Below, piece by piece: positions 47,406-60,556 of a DNA stretch of 64,000 nucleotides (position 1 is its first letter; each line of letters begins with the position of its first letter). Source of the DNA: Tubulanus polymorphus (Eukaryota; Animalia; Nemertea). The notes under the pieces were generated by a model, which was not told the origin of the DNA, did not search any database, and saw nothing but the letters and a program-made list of their open reading frames with translations. The stretch spans positions 8,866,001-8,930,000 of the forward strand of contig NC_134031.1 in assembly GCF_964204645.1 (NCBI RefSeq), read 5' to 3'. Made by a program: the position numbers and the translations under genes.

Positions 47406-48569
47406 ATGCTAATTTATGCTAATTAGGTGGATTTTTATGCGCAATTAGAGGGGTTTACGAAAAACATTCTAAAATATAAACCAATTGATATATTGATATA
47501 ATTCTTTCAGCATTTGGTTTATAACTAACATGGCTAGTGCTTGTGCCTCTATCTAGTGTTTACACATGTTATATTTTTCAAAAAATTATTTCAAGTAAAA
47601 TTATAAGTTGAAACTACACAATTTTTCAGAAATTTTCTACCTAATTATATATTCATAGAGGTACCTAGCCTACCATAACGTAGATATCAACTTTTCCAAG
47701 GCACATGCACTAGCTTTATGTATAGATAACAAGTATTTCAAATTTCAAGGCTCTAGCTCAAATACTTTTTTCAAAATCATGTTTTCGGTAATGTGCGTCA
47801 GCCGTAAATGATGATTGCGAGAAAACACCAATTTTTGGAAATTTCTCAAGGAATTTGACTTAATTTATCTAAAATGCAACACTTTAGTAGGTTTACACCT
47901 ATCAAATTGTTCTTTTAAATGCTGGTTACCCTGCAGGTAGCTCCTGTGCCACCATATTGTGCAGAAGTTGCCAAAATTTTCATCCTGATGCTGAATTTAT
48001 TGCATTCACCCTTGGCGGCTGGCTATTTTTAGCAGGGGGGTGGGTTGATTGGTTTACCCGTAAACTTGTTTTCTTTTTCATTGAATGTTTCTAACTTTCC
48101 TCATTGATAGATAACGGTTTAAAGTTAATCATTTTACCACTTAAAAGCCCAATGAAGCATGTATTCACGAGACTAAAGCAAAATATGCTATGAAATTCTG
48201 TTGAGTCAAAATTCGGGAAAATTTCATGATTTTCATTTCTTTCGAAAAATGACACCCAACGACCTTCAGATCGATGTTTTGGGTTATAAAGTCTATTGTG
48301 AATCTGTTGTAGATGGCAGTACTGCACGGGTATAAATAGTATCGGTTTAACACCTCTAAAAGTAACTTAGAACACGTTGCTTAGGGCCGTTGCTAAGGGC
48401 TTTGAGATTGGAGGGGTCTTGTTTGACCCCCAAAAACAAGCCTTTGCCGTTATCTGACCACTCCAAAAATTTCGGAGGTGATTCTACCCATCTATAGTGT
48501 TCAATAACAGTACTTTTTAAAAAACTAAGAAATTTAAGATTTTCCCTGAAATTCTAGTATACCAATACC

Positions 48570-51090
48570 TTAAACCAGGACTTGAATAACAATAACAAGG
48601 ATCAACATTAAAATGATTTAAATTAACTCCTCTAAATTTTTCAAATATATCAGCCAATATCATAACATCTGATTTTAAGTATAAATCTACTAATTCACCA
48701 TGATTTTTTATCTTAAAAATGATTCCAAATATTTAATGTTCTATTAAACACTTCATCTTTCACGTACTCCTCTTTTAATTGATCATAAAATTGTACTTTT
48801 AATAATTCTGTTACATTAAAATCATCATGTGTTTTATAAAATGAATAAGGAATTGCACCGTTATATCTCAATAATTTAAAATCTTGTTCATTTGGATAAT
48901 AATGTCGAGTTATTACAAAATCATTATCAACTAAACTTTTTGCTAAATTATCTAATGAACTTGCTAGAAATCTATAAGTATCTAAAAATCTCAAACAACC
49001 AAATTTAAATTAAATGTAATTTTCAGATGTCTTAGCTAATAGTTTAAAATCATATTTTCTCACGTTTGCATCATTTATAGTATGATATTCTTCTATTTCC
49101 TGATTAATTGCGCCTAATTTTCCTGATAATTGTTTTATAAATAGATGAGTATCATATCCTGATAAATTATGAAACAAAATTGGCACGAAATTAACTTTTT
49201 AAGCTTGTAAATTACAATCTTCATGAGCAGCTCCACGATATTTTGAATTTAAATGATCATGTTCTCTTACTTTTTTATCAAATGAATAAAAACGTTTTTC
49301 ACAATAACAACATCGAGTTGCATAATTAAAATCAATTTCATCTTCTTTTGTCGTAACTATTCTTTTATTTTTGTTTCATAATTGTGCATAATCACTTTCT
49401 AATTCAATTATTTTATTGCAAAATTCATTTACTACATCCTCACCTCTAAAAGAAATATATTGACTAACATACAATTCAGGATAATTTGATTTTGTATTAA
49501 TGCCATAAGCAGCAGCTCTTTGATGAACTTTTTAAATTGTATTTATGATTGGCGGGTCTTGAATTATGTCTTCATTTAATTCATTTCCTTTGTCCATTGA
49601 TTTTAAAAATTGCTTTTTATTATATATTTCTTTTCTATCTTGATCAGTTAATTCTTTATTCAACGATTCAAAATTCCCATAAATTACAAATGGCACTATA
49701 TTTTTAAATTTATAATTAGTAAATTTCAATTTATAATCTTTTTTGTTGACATTATTAATTTGCAAAAATCTTTGTTATCACATAATTCTTTGTTTTAGTA
49801 ATGCATTTTCAGTTCTAAATTTAGATAAACATTTTCTACATAAATATATTTTATTGAAATCACTTTCTGTTCTAAAGAATAAATCTATTTGTTTTAACCA
49901 CATAAAATGTTCATTTTCATCTTTTTTGTAATATAACAAATCTATAACATTTTCATCATCATAATATTCTGTTAAATATAAAGCTTCTAATGTATAACCT
50001 TTAATATTTTCACCTTTTGTATCTGGTAATTGCATTAATTCGAAAACATTTATTTTCAAATTATTAACTTTTTCTATTTTAGGAATCATTTTTATAGTTA
50101 CTGGATATTGATCAATTTTATATAATGTTTCATATTTCCATATTTCCGATAATCTGTTATTCTACAAACATTTTCCTGAGTTGGGTGTAAACAACTAATA
50201 ATTGACCATAGAAAACATTTATCATCTTCATTTTGAACATTTATTACTGCTTTTGTTGTAAATGGTAATTTGATATAAGATGATGCTTTAATGTCCTTTT
50301 CTGTTGAAAATTTTGAATCATTTGTAAACATTTTAATACTTTTTGATATTTTATCCCTTTTTGTATTATAAATAATTAAATCGAAAAATATAATTTCATT
50401 CAATATTAAACCAGAACCTTCAAAATATCTTTCTTCAATATGACATTTAAATTCATTAAATATTTTTTCAAATTTCTCTTCTGTTTTGAAATTATTTCTT
50501 CAGAATATGTTTGAATATTATAATCCATTTTTTATTCTGACTTTATAAAACTTACTTTTCCAGAGATACTAATTTTTGGATATTCCATTATTTCAATATA
50601 TTTGCTATAATCTTCTATTGTTGATCCTTTGAAAAATCTAAATATAATAGCTGCAGGGCCAATTTTACAACGTAATGTTTCTAAAATTTCAATTGCATCT
50701 TTTATTTCTAGTGAATCAATGTAATTTCTAACATTTTCCATATAAGGTTTATTTGAAAAAGATATAGTTTTTGAAGCTGGTTTTTTATACTTGTTAAGGT
50801 TTATCATCAAAATATTCTGTTCCTAAAATATTTTTATTTAAATTTTGTTTGTGTTTTTGTGATTCGAGATGTCTTTTATAATACCTTTTTACTATAAATT
50901 CATTACAAACATTACATTTTATTTCATCTTTTTTCATATTTTCTAATTGTTCTTTTCATTCATCAGAATTTTCTGGTGTTTCAAAATCAATAACATTTTT
51001 TTTATGATTTGCAGTTTTTTCATGTCGTGCTTTATAAGATTTATCGACGTATTTTTTACAATATGGGCAATAATATTGATTTTCATTAAC
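48570..51090 (-). pseudogene. polB: pPolB N-terminal half, family 2 (Zn fingers to exonuclease)
   Basis: YYCPYC, KCNVC, EGSG, KCFLWSI, VREHDHLN.KYRGAAHEDCN, HNLSGYD, RFLDTYRFL, DPCYCYSSPGL; many disablements. Confidence 0.9.
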
Positions 51091-52454
51091 ATCACTGTCT
51101 CCCATTTATAAGGGGAAAAAATTACTTGTGGTGATGAGTGGTGTGACGCCCTCTCGCCCTCTGATCTGAAAACGTCTTTTTCCAATTACTGGATTACACA
51201 TAAGGACTTACATATAAATTGGACAACGGGAATGCGCATTTGTCTACGGAATAAAGTGAAAATACGGATTATGGAGTACGAATAAGACACAGAATTTTAA
51301 AGGGACCAATTTATTTATACGGAATAAGCACTTATACGGTTTAACCGGAGACAGATTAACCGAGGTTGACTGTATACTCATTAGAAAATGAGATTTGTAC
51401 TGTTTTTGCGTCTATGGATTTTGAATTATCTAGACTCTCTACCTAAGATCTACTTTCCATAATGCATCGCGATTTTGGGACCTTGGGTACAACAGGCTAT
51501 GATATTCCTAGCTAGGATCATGGATGTAGGCAAATGACGCGTTACAGACAACTTTTATTTGGATTGACAGTTCTATAGAACTGTTAATGAGGGATGATCT
51601 GTTTAAGAAGGTATTGATGAATACAGATAGCAATAATTATTTCGATTCGGTAGTCCTAGTGACCTAGATACATTCATTCTCTATACCGCCAAAATCGTTC
51701 TGCACCAATGTGGGTGGTATATTTAGGGTTGAATGTAGGTGATACAGTTGTCACAAATCACGTGAACATGTTAACTGAATGTTTATGTTGGGAAAAGTAT
51801 ATCACATATGTCATACGTTTTGAGTCTCTGTGACCGAACTTTGTATTCAGAATGGATTGGTTTCCTCCAGAATCAACAGAGTCAATTTGTTTCTCTTGTC
51901 AAGTCAGGATAACTGTCAACCCTAACATCCGCAACCCATGAATCTACCCAAATCTTGAATCCGTGAATCAGCCTTGTTGATTATCTGCTGACAGAAATCG
52001 ATCCCAACGGTGGCAGATAATCAAGAGTTAACAGCACATCGGTAACCAGTCCTGACCTGATTTATCAGCATTGATGTAGTTTATCAAGCGGCATGTACTG
52101 TGTACATGTGTTGTCAATCAATCTGAATAATCCCGGTATAAATCATTTTCTGCCAGACATCGGCGCAAGTCTTTAATTGTCTCCAGTGAGTTCGTTTTTC
52201 CATTTTTGTGTCCATCTAAATGACATATTAAGTAAGATGACTCACTTGTCTTATTGCCATTTAATTCATGGCTTTTATTTTGCAGAGATAGTTACAAACC
52301 TGCACCTTTAAACTATAGATTATATTAACAAACAAGATTTTTAGCACAAATTACGCTATACATTGTACCTGCTCACATAACATCATACATGGGCGTTGTT
52401 GACAATTGAATTAGAATTGTATATCATCAAGGATTCAATAATACAGATTGGAAT

Positions 52455-52667
52455 CAGGGCGGATCTAGGGGGTAAACCTGAGGGTCTTCTCAGAATTCTA
52501 GGAGCATACCTAAAAGAAAAGGCAACATACTGATAACACACCAAGCGCAGCGCGCGAGGCTAAAACTGCTTCAGCGCGAAGCCCTTCCGGGGTCTGGAAA
52601 ATTTTGAGATTCCAGCATTTGAAGCTATTTCCTGCAAGACCTGTAAGACTCCCTGGATCCGCGACTG
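52455..52667. mobile_element. MITE with CAG termini and 5-bp TSD GGAAT
   Basis: cagggcggatctagg / cctggatccgcgactg with ggaat on both sides. Confidence 0.65.
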
Positions 52668-52704
52668 GGAATAATGTAGGCATCAATTCTGCAACCTGGA
52701 GCAC

Positions 52705-52843
52705 CAGGGCCATACCCAGCACTTGATTTTCGTTTTTTTAGGGCTGGGGGGGGGGGGGGCAGAGAAACTCGAAGAAGGGTAGTTCTATTTGATATAACAA
52801 TATTTGCAAAAAGAGCACTTTCAAAACTTTTGGTACGACCCTG
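52705..52843. mobile_element. Short hAT-like MITE
   Basis: cagggccatacc / ggtacgaccctg; no TSD seen. Confidence 0.45.
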
Positions 52844-55800
52844 CCCTCAGACATAAAATGTGGTGATAAAATAAATCAATAGAATGAGCCAATGAAAGAG
52901 CTAATTCTGGTAATTAAAATATTTGTTAATCATAACATACTGCTACACCTCAACTGACACATGAAGATATTTTCATAGGTTATATTTAAACTATCCACTA
53001 CCATTTAATGTAACACAAAAAAGTTTGTTCATTTATATATTCACGGTTGAATGCTGGTACGAAACATTGCTGCCCGGCGCTTAAATTTAGTTTCATTGTA
53101 GTAAGAAAACACACAACCAAACCCATCTACGAATTACATAGTTATACTCATTATGTTCCCGTATGCGGTACCCAGTAAAAATACCAGGATTTGTAGAGAA
53201 GGCAAAAACACCAGATGAAAAAATGCCAGAGATGAAATATCAAAATACTTTCCAGCATATTAATGAACAAATGGACTGTAAATAATGTCTAGATAAGACC
53301 AAAATCTGGATTAAAGCTGGTTTGACTGTATAACTAGTTGAAATATAATTTGAAAATCACTCCGAATAATTTAGTTAAGCCTATTAAAGAGTGCAGATTT
53401 TCAGGGTGATCATTCACAATCACACATTATGGAGATTATCACTTTCAAAATATGCTATGAAGGGTTATGTACAAAGTCTGGTCCAAAGCAGGGCTTTCAA
53501 AATAAGCTGTAGGCCATCACATCCAATGGTTAGTAAGAATCCTGCGAGGGCTATGAAATATCTTGTCTGATATCGATGATACTAAAACTGTGATCAGTAG
53601 TTATTTTTAGATGTACTGATGTCGATTGGCATCCAGGGAAAACGGGCCTCAGCGCGTGGTCTAGTTCAAGTTTCCAAGATATTGACTGCCTTCCAAACAA
53701 TTGCCAATCATTTTAGCAACTGCCATTGATAAAGCCGGTAGTGTATTTTCAATATATTGTTTCCTTTTGAATACATGGTTGACACTCCAGGTCTTGTAAA
53801 CTAGACTATTTGACAAATGTCACGTGCACAATGTAGATTTGCGTTATTGTTTTAAATGTAAAGATGATAAATTGTGTTTTTTGCCCTAAAATATGGCAAA
53901 AATCCTTTCTAACTCCCCAAAAACTTGGTGCGGTGAACTGCAGAAGACAAATAACTAGCTTGGATAGCCTACTAGCATGAATATGTTCTTAAGCTGGCTG
54001 CATAACCAATTATCAACAATTTCTAGTTGCAATTACTGCAGTTACTTGCATTATCAAATCGATTGGCAATTAATATTTCTAAAAATGAAAATATGCAATT
54101 TCATGTACTCGTACACTATTCCTGGCTTTTTTACTGTATGATTGTGCTTTTTTAGACAGAGAATCAGATTTAAGCATGTCCTAGAAATTTTGAATAAAGA
54201 AGCTTTTGTAACTAAATATTTCTGTTAAAGGAAGCACTGTCAAAGGTCAGGGAATATTTTGCATTTGCTCTATTTCTTTGTCTACAACTAGTATTTTCAT
54301 TTCGAAAGCTCTGCCATTGGCCAGTGTACCGAAAGGCAATCTTGATATAAAGGTGCAGTAAGGACAACTATTGGGATGATTGATCTTGTTGTAGTAGCCA
54401 ATCATAACTTATTTGATGTTACGTTGCGAGGCCAAGGCGTCCAATTCACTAGTTTGTTATTAGACACCTTGCTGGATCTGCACTGGAGTTGTATGATACA
54501 ACAAGATGTTCATGCCTAATGAAAGTGCTGTGAAGTGTATGCCACGTAACAACCGGGCATGTGAATTTCCAGTGCTAGCAGAAAAACTGCAAGATTAAGT
54601 AATTTATCCAGATGGGCCATGGATAAGTGGTGATAACCGTTGAAGATTTCTACTGTATGACAATGCTATAGATAATCGTGAACACGTCAATGTATATTGC
54701 AATTGAGGACCACCCGAGTTTCCTCATCAATAGTAGACTCTGGATAATGGATGGGTGATTTGCAATGGCACCGACAAGTTTTTGTAATCCATGCACCACT
54801 TCAGTTCCACATTCCCGTCGGTATATGGATTGTTAGAGAGAAATTCACAGCCAACATAAATATACATACATACATTATATTCATGTTTTCTTATGCTTGA
54901 GCCTCACAATCGATTCTCAAAACAAAGACGAAAATGAATTGTGCATTCTTGTAGTTATTTCTAGTCATTTCAAGCTCTGATATTTTTGCATCCTGGTATT
55001 TCAACTACATTCCCCATTTGCATATATACTTTTTTTTATAAAAACCTGATGTACATGAAAAAATTAACATCGTTTATCATTTCTATATCGAATAACGTGG
55101 GAAAATAGATGGGTTTTACATAAATACGGTAGGTTCTGCTCGAGTCAGATCTGATTACCTCAGAACATTTTAATATTGAATATCTAATATTGTTGCGCTC
55201 TTTTGTATGAATATTGCCTAAGTCGGACAGATTTTCAAGGTCTTAACCGATTCAAAGCAAAGCTACGTCTAGGATAAAGAGCAACGCTGACTAGATTAAA
55301 CAATCAAACACTCAACATTATCTGATCAACTTTCTCAATATCTGACATCTGACAAATCATAGAAGTCAATTCAATTTGACAAAGTTAAGCCACTGTATGG
55401 ATTTCGTTACCATTTCTTTTTGACAGTCCCTTCAAAATTCTGTTTCCATTCATGGAACTTCAAACTGGTAATGTCTGATATCACTGCTGAATTGTTTCAT
55501 TCAATTTCATATTGATGTTACATGTGCACTAAACATACCGGTAATCTTTCACTATCTAGAATATTTGGCTGCAGATGCTAGAGAAGTTTCTACTAGTATT
55601 TTATTTCATTACATCAATCAGTTTGAGGTTAGTTTTTTATCTTACCTATCCAAATAATATAACACTAATTGTGATAATGCTGATCCTCAATATTTTCACA
55701 TGAATGATGTAAATACATATCCAAGGCAGGATTCACACAACAAGTTATGCAAGTTACCATGAAGTTAACAAGGGCAGTGCAGTCATTCGCTGGTGATTAT

Positions 55801-56364
55801 ATGGTTTCTTTGGAGAATACACTATCGAAGACTGTGGTTGTAGATTTTGGAGTGTACCCTTCAAGTAGATTATTCATGTTACTGAGTAAGGACTCGATTA
55901 CCACTATACCTGAGCCTTATAAAGGTTCACCGAAACTGAAGTGTTAACTTATATATGCAGCCTGCCTAGGAGAGCATGCTATCTCTAAAGCATTTAAATA
56001 AGCACGACCACTACCACCGCAGTAAATGAGTTATCAACTAGGGGTCCATGCCCACTTGGGAAGTAGTTTGAAATGCTCGACACCATGCCCACTTGGGAAG
56101 TAGTTTGAAATGCTCAACAATCAGAAAATGTCAATATTCATCCCCTGGTGAACATATAAAGAAGCCAATGACCTTGAAACTCACCACAATTATGGAACAT
56201 GTCACCGAGCTACAATTTTGCAATTGAATGTGGTAGAAAATATGCCTAGGTACCAATACAATATGAAAATACTAAGTTATTCAGCCAATAAATGCCCCTG
56301 ATGACTGTATACAAAAACCAGTAACCTTGAACCTCACTACAATCATAAACCACATCTTCACTAG

Positions 56365-56707
56365 CAGGGGCGGATCCACGGACCACTGTCAAGGGTAGCT
56401 CAATTTATTGAAAGGGCATTTTGAAACAAAAAGGGCATTTTGAAATGAAAAGGGCATTCTGAAATTTTTAAAATCTGCTTGTGCTGCAATTTCCAGGCAA
56501 TTTAATTCCTGACACGAAATGCTTTCTAGCAAATTAACTGCATTGAGATGTAGTTTTTAAGATTGTGATAAAGACAAAATCTTGAAGAATGCCTCAAGTG
56601 CCCTTTTCTACTTTGGGCATGAAAAAAAAAAAAAAAATAAAAAGGGCACAAGAATTTCGCGACGGTAGCACGTGCCTACGCGGTGCTACCGTCTGAAACC
56701 GCATCTG
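56365..56707. mobile_element. MITE with CAG termini and 5-bp TSD ACTAG
   Basis: caggggcggatcca / tgaaaccgcatctg with actag on both sides; aaagggcatt subrepeats. Confidence 0.65.
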
Positions 56708-57479
56708 ACTAGTTCGTTGAATCCGTGTTTTAGTATGCGTGGGTTCGACGAAAGTCGGCGTTCGTCTACACTTAACTCAACTTCGGTAGCACGAATTCAC
56801 ACTTGTAGTTCAATTGCAAGGTAAATCGTGGCACCCTTACGCTACATTGAACACAAGTTTACCGTCTACAAGGTAATGCAGAGTGTTTCGAGCGTGGTGT
56901 CGATGCATAACCCGGGTATAAGAAGCAAGTGTTGTTCAATATCCATAGGTACCAATATAAGAGGACAAATTGTATATGATTCAACATTCAACTCCCCTGG
57001 TGGTTAAACAAACTAGGGGGCCAGGGACACCATGCCCACTTGGGAAGTGGTTTCAGATGCTCAACAATCTAACAATTTCAATATTCAACGCCCAATCCAA
57101 TGACCTTGAAAAAATCCAATGACCTTGAAACTCATAGAATATGTCAGCAGTTACAATTTTGTAATCGATTGTGATAACAAAATATGCCTAGTTACCAATA
57201 TGATATGGAAATACTAAGTTATTCTACTATTCAACGCCCCCTGGTGACCATATGCAAAACCCAATGACCTAAAAACACCATAATTATGAACATGACATGA
57301 GCTACAACTTTGCAATTGATCATGGTAACAAAATATGCCTAGGTACCAGTACCAATATAATAAGGAAATACTGAGTAATTCTACTATTCAACGCACCCTA
57401 GTGACCATATAGAATTACTAATGGCCTTTAGAAATATCATGGCCACAAAAATTTCTATAAGAATGACATTAGAGAACAT

Positions 57480-58343
57480 GTGTACAAAGTGTAAAATATT
57501 GATCAACAGTTGCAGCCTCTAGGCTGTTTTTCCCTGATGGCCATAAATTGAATCGGTCAACAATGTGGTCTCTAGGCTGTTAACGTTGTTTTTCAGGTCG
57601 GCCCCCCGGTAGCCATAATTTGGATCAAATTGACCCAATTTTAGATAGACCCAAGTGATATCCTACTTGTATACAAAGTTTGAAAACTATCGGTCAACAA
57701 TTGCGGCCTCTAGGCTGTTGACGTCGTTTTTCATGTCGGCCCCCTGGTGGCCATAATTTGAATCGAATCAACCCAAGTGATATCCTACTTGTGTACCAAG
57801 TTTGAAAACAATCGGTCAACAATTGCGGCCTCTAGGCTGTTAACGTCGTTTTACATGTCGGCCCCCTGGTGGCCATAATTTAAATCGAATCGACCCAATT
57901 TTAAATAGGGTTCTGGCCCAAGTGATATCCTACTTGTGTACCAAGTTTTAAAACAATCGGTCAACAATTGCGGCCTCTAGGCTGTTAACGTCGTTTTTCA
58001 TGTCGGCCCCCTGGTGGCCATAATTTGAATCGAATCAACCCAAGTGATATCCTACTTGTGTACCAAGTTTGAAAACAATCGGTCGACAATTGCGGCCTCT
58101 AGGCTGTTAACGTCGTTTTTCATGTCGGCCCCCTGGTGGCCATAATTTAGATCGAATCGACCCAATTTTAAATAGGGTTCTGGCCCAAGTGATATCCTAC
58201 TTGTGCACCAAGTTTTAAAACAATTGGTCAACAATTGCGGCCTCTAGGCTGTTAACATCACTTGCGGCGGCGGCGGCGGCGTATACAGACAGAGGTAAAT
58301 CTATATGCCCCTCTCAACTAAAGTTTAGCCGGGGGCATAAAAA
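57480..58343 (+). repeat. HINE-like element with ~120/145-bp tandem array, (GGC)n and terminal hairpin
   Basis: Repeated caacaattgcggcctctaggctgttaacgtcg...ggccccctggtggcca; ends tatgcccc...ggggcataaaaa. Confidence 0.8.
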
Positions 58344-58479
58344 CCAATGACCTTGAAACTCACCACAATCATAGACCATGTCATGAGCTATAACTTTCGA
58401 ATTGATTGTGGTAACAAAATATGCTTAAGTATCAATAAAATGTGGCAAAATTTTTTTCCATCTATGAATGAGTACTGAT

Positions 58480-59825
58480 GACACCAAGATGGCCGCCAAT
58501 TGCATCATAATTGCCTGATTGTATAAGAGATCCCTTCCCAAAGAATACCCATCACAAATTGCAATGAAAAATTTCAAACCATTAGGAAGCTACAGGACTC
58601 TGAATTCAGGCCAAAATTGACATTTTTGGGCAGATAAAAGGTCACAGGACAGCCATCTTGAGTCCGATTGACCCAATCTTTTATGCTGATGGGCCCCTGG
58701 GGGATACAAATATATACGAACTATCAAGGTAATTGATCAAAGCGTCTTCAAAATTTCCCTCGACAATTTCGAAATATTTGTAAAAAGTGCTCATTTTGGC
58801 GAACAACAATGGCTGCCAGTTGGCCATTTTGAATCCGACAGGGCCAGTTTTTGGGCTGAGATGTGTCTAGGGTAGATACATGCTTAAACCAAATATCAAG
58901 ACATTACATTGAAGCGTCTTCAAAACTTCCCAAAATAACTGGATTCCGTCTACGGACGGACGACGCACGAAAAGTGAATGCAATAGCTCGCTGGGACTAA
59001 AGTCCCAAGTGGGCTTAAAATGGGTAGCCCCAATTCCACATGAGATGAATCCTATAACAGTGGTAACAATTATCAAGACTTTGTGATTTACCGAATGACG
59101 TTTTTTTTCTTTGAAGTAAATTTGCTGTGGCAATATATCAAACTTGTAAAAAATTGGCAATTTGCCGCAACAATCAAAAATTGCTTCCAACATGCCTGTC
59201 TTCCTTTTCGAAAATGGGTAACCCCAATTCCACATGAGGAGATGAATGCTATAACAGTGGTCACTATTATCAAGACTGTTTAAACCTGTTGGTATTTTCC
59301 TCAAAAAGCCTCTTCTTCATACGAATGACATTATGATCTAACAACACATTTGAGTTTAATTTGTGTTTAAGATCCCTTCCTGAAGTATACCCATCATGAA
59401 TTTCAATGTGGCAAACAATTAGAAAGCTACAGGTCTCGGAATTCAGGTCAAAAAATGGTCACAGGGCAGCTGGCTTGAGTCTCATCGACCCAATGGTTGT
59501 TGATGGGCCCTGGGGGGATACAAATATACATGGGAGATCAAAATTATTGAAAAAGTGTTTTCAGAATTCCCTTGAAAACTTCATGGATCAATAACAAGTG
59601 CTTCAAAAATGTGTATAAATATCAAGATCGTTTTCAAACTGTCCCAAAATACGTGGGTTCCCTCTACAAACGGATGCAAACGAAATGGCCGCCAGTTGGC
59701 CATCTTGATTCTGACTAGGCCAGTTTAAGCGTCTTCATAACTCCCTAAAATAACTGGATTCCATCTATGCATGGATGATAAGTGAATACAATTGCTAGGA
59801 ATAATGTCCTACGTGGGCTAAAAAT
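58480..59825 (+). repeat. Two related HINE-like repeat copies
   Basis: Shared agatcccttcc...gatgggccc.tggggga blocks; ends gacggacg...tgggactaaagtccca..aaaa (~59020) and ...gtgggctaaaaa (~59825). Confidence 0.6.
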
Positions 59826-60253
59826 GGCCTCCCAGTAATTTTCAGATAACACACAGTAAACTGGGATCATTTATATTTTACCAATTGAGATTCAAAACAA
59901 AGGCTTAACAGATACCTCATCTATTGTAACCAGTGCCTTTTTACAAGTATCCCATATAGATAAGTGGGAAAAACGTTGTAGAACATATCTCACATAAAAC
60001 TCTTTTCCATTTGTTATATATCTTGTATTTATGGGCTACCTGGCAGTTTAATATTTTACCTTAACAATTTCACGTTTTTTTAGAAAAAAGATTTGAGTTC
60101 AAAATTCTTGAGAAAAAACGTATCTTTTTAGCCTAGATTTGACCAATTTGGACATGTTGACCGGGACAGGGTAATGAGGAACTGGACATGTAATCAACCC
60201 CTGATATACTAACCCAGATTAACCATCACCCCCATCTAATGCCAGGTTTTTCA

Positions 60254-60556
60254 CAGGGCCGGCGGAAGGTATAAACAATTGGTACGGCCATCCCCAACAG
60301 TACCAACAGTACGTTTCCATCAAGCCCAAATAGCGGTGTCCTGTGCAGCGAATATTTTCGAGGTCAAAATTTGCCGGTTCCATACATCAAGATTAATTGT
60401 CATGGCCGCAATCAGCATTGTGGCGGAATGGTGTCATCAACGACGATGGCACTGGGCCCGGCCTATGTTTACACAGAAAACAAAAACAACATAGGCAGAC
60501 CTGTGTTTATTGGTCCGGCCATGGCCATACTGGCCGTACCGATTCCGCCGGCCCTG
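60254..60556. mobile_element. hAT-like MITE
   Basis: Perfect 14-bp TIR cagggccggcggaa / ttccgccggccctg; flanks tttca/tttct. Confidence 0.75.

Larger units (their letters stand above)
56036..58440 (+). repeat. Helentron/HINE-like repeat cluster (same family as 5868-6515) with nested elements
   Basis: Starts aactaggg...catgcccacttgggaag at 56036 and 57011; caatgaccttgaaactcaccacaat units. Confidence 0.7.

Noticed and set aside
57480-58260. CRISPR-like periodicity
   Set aside because: Whole units repeat with no unique spacers, no cas genes, eukaryotic context
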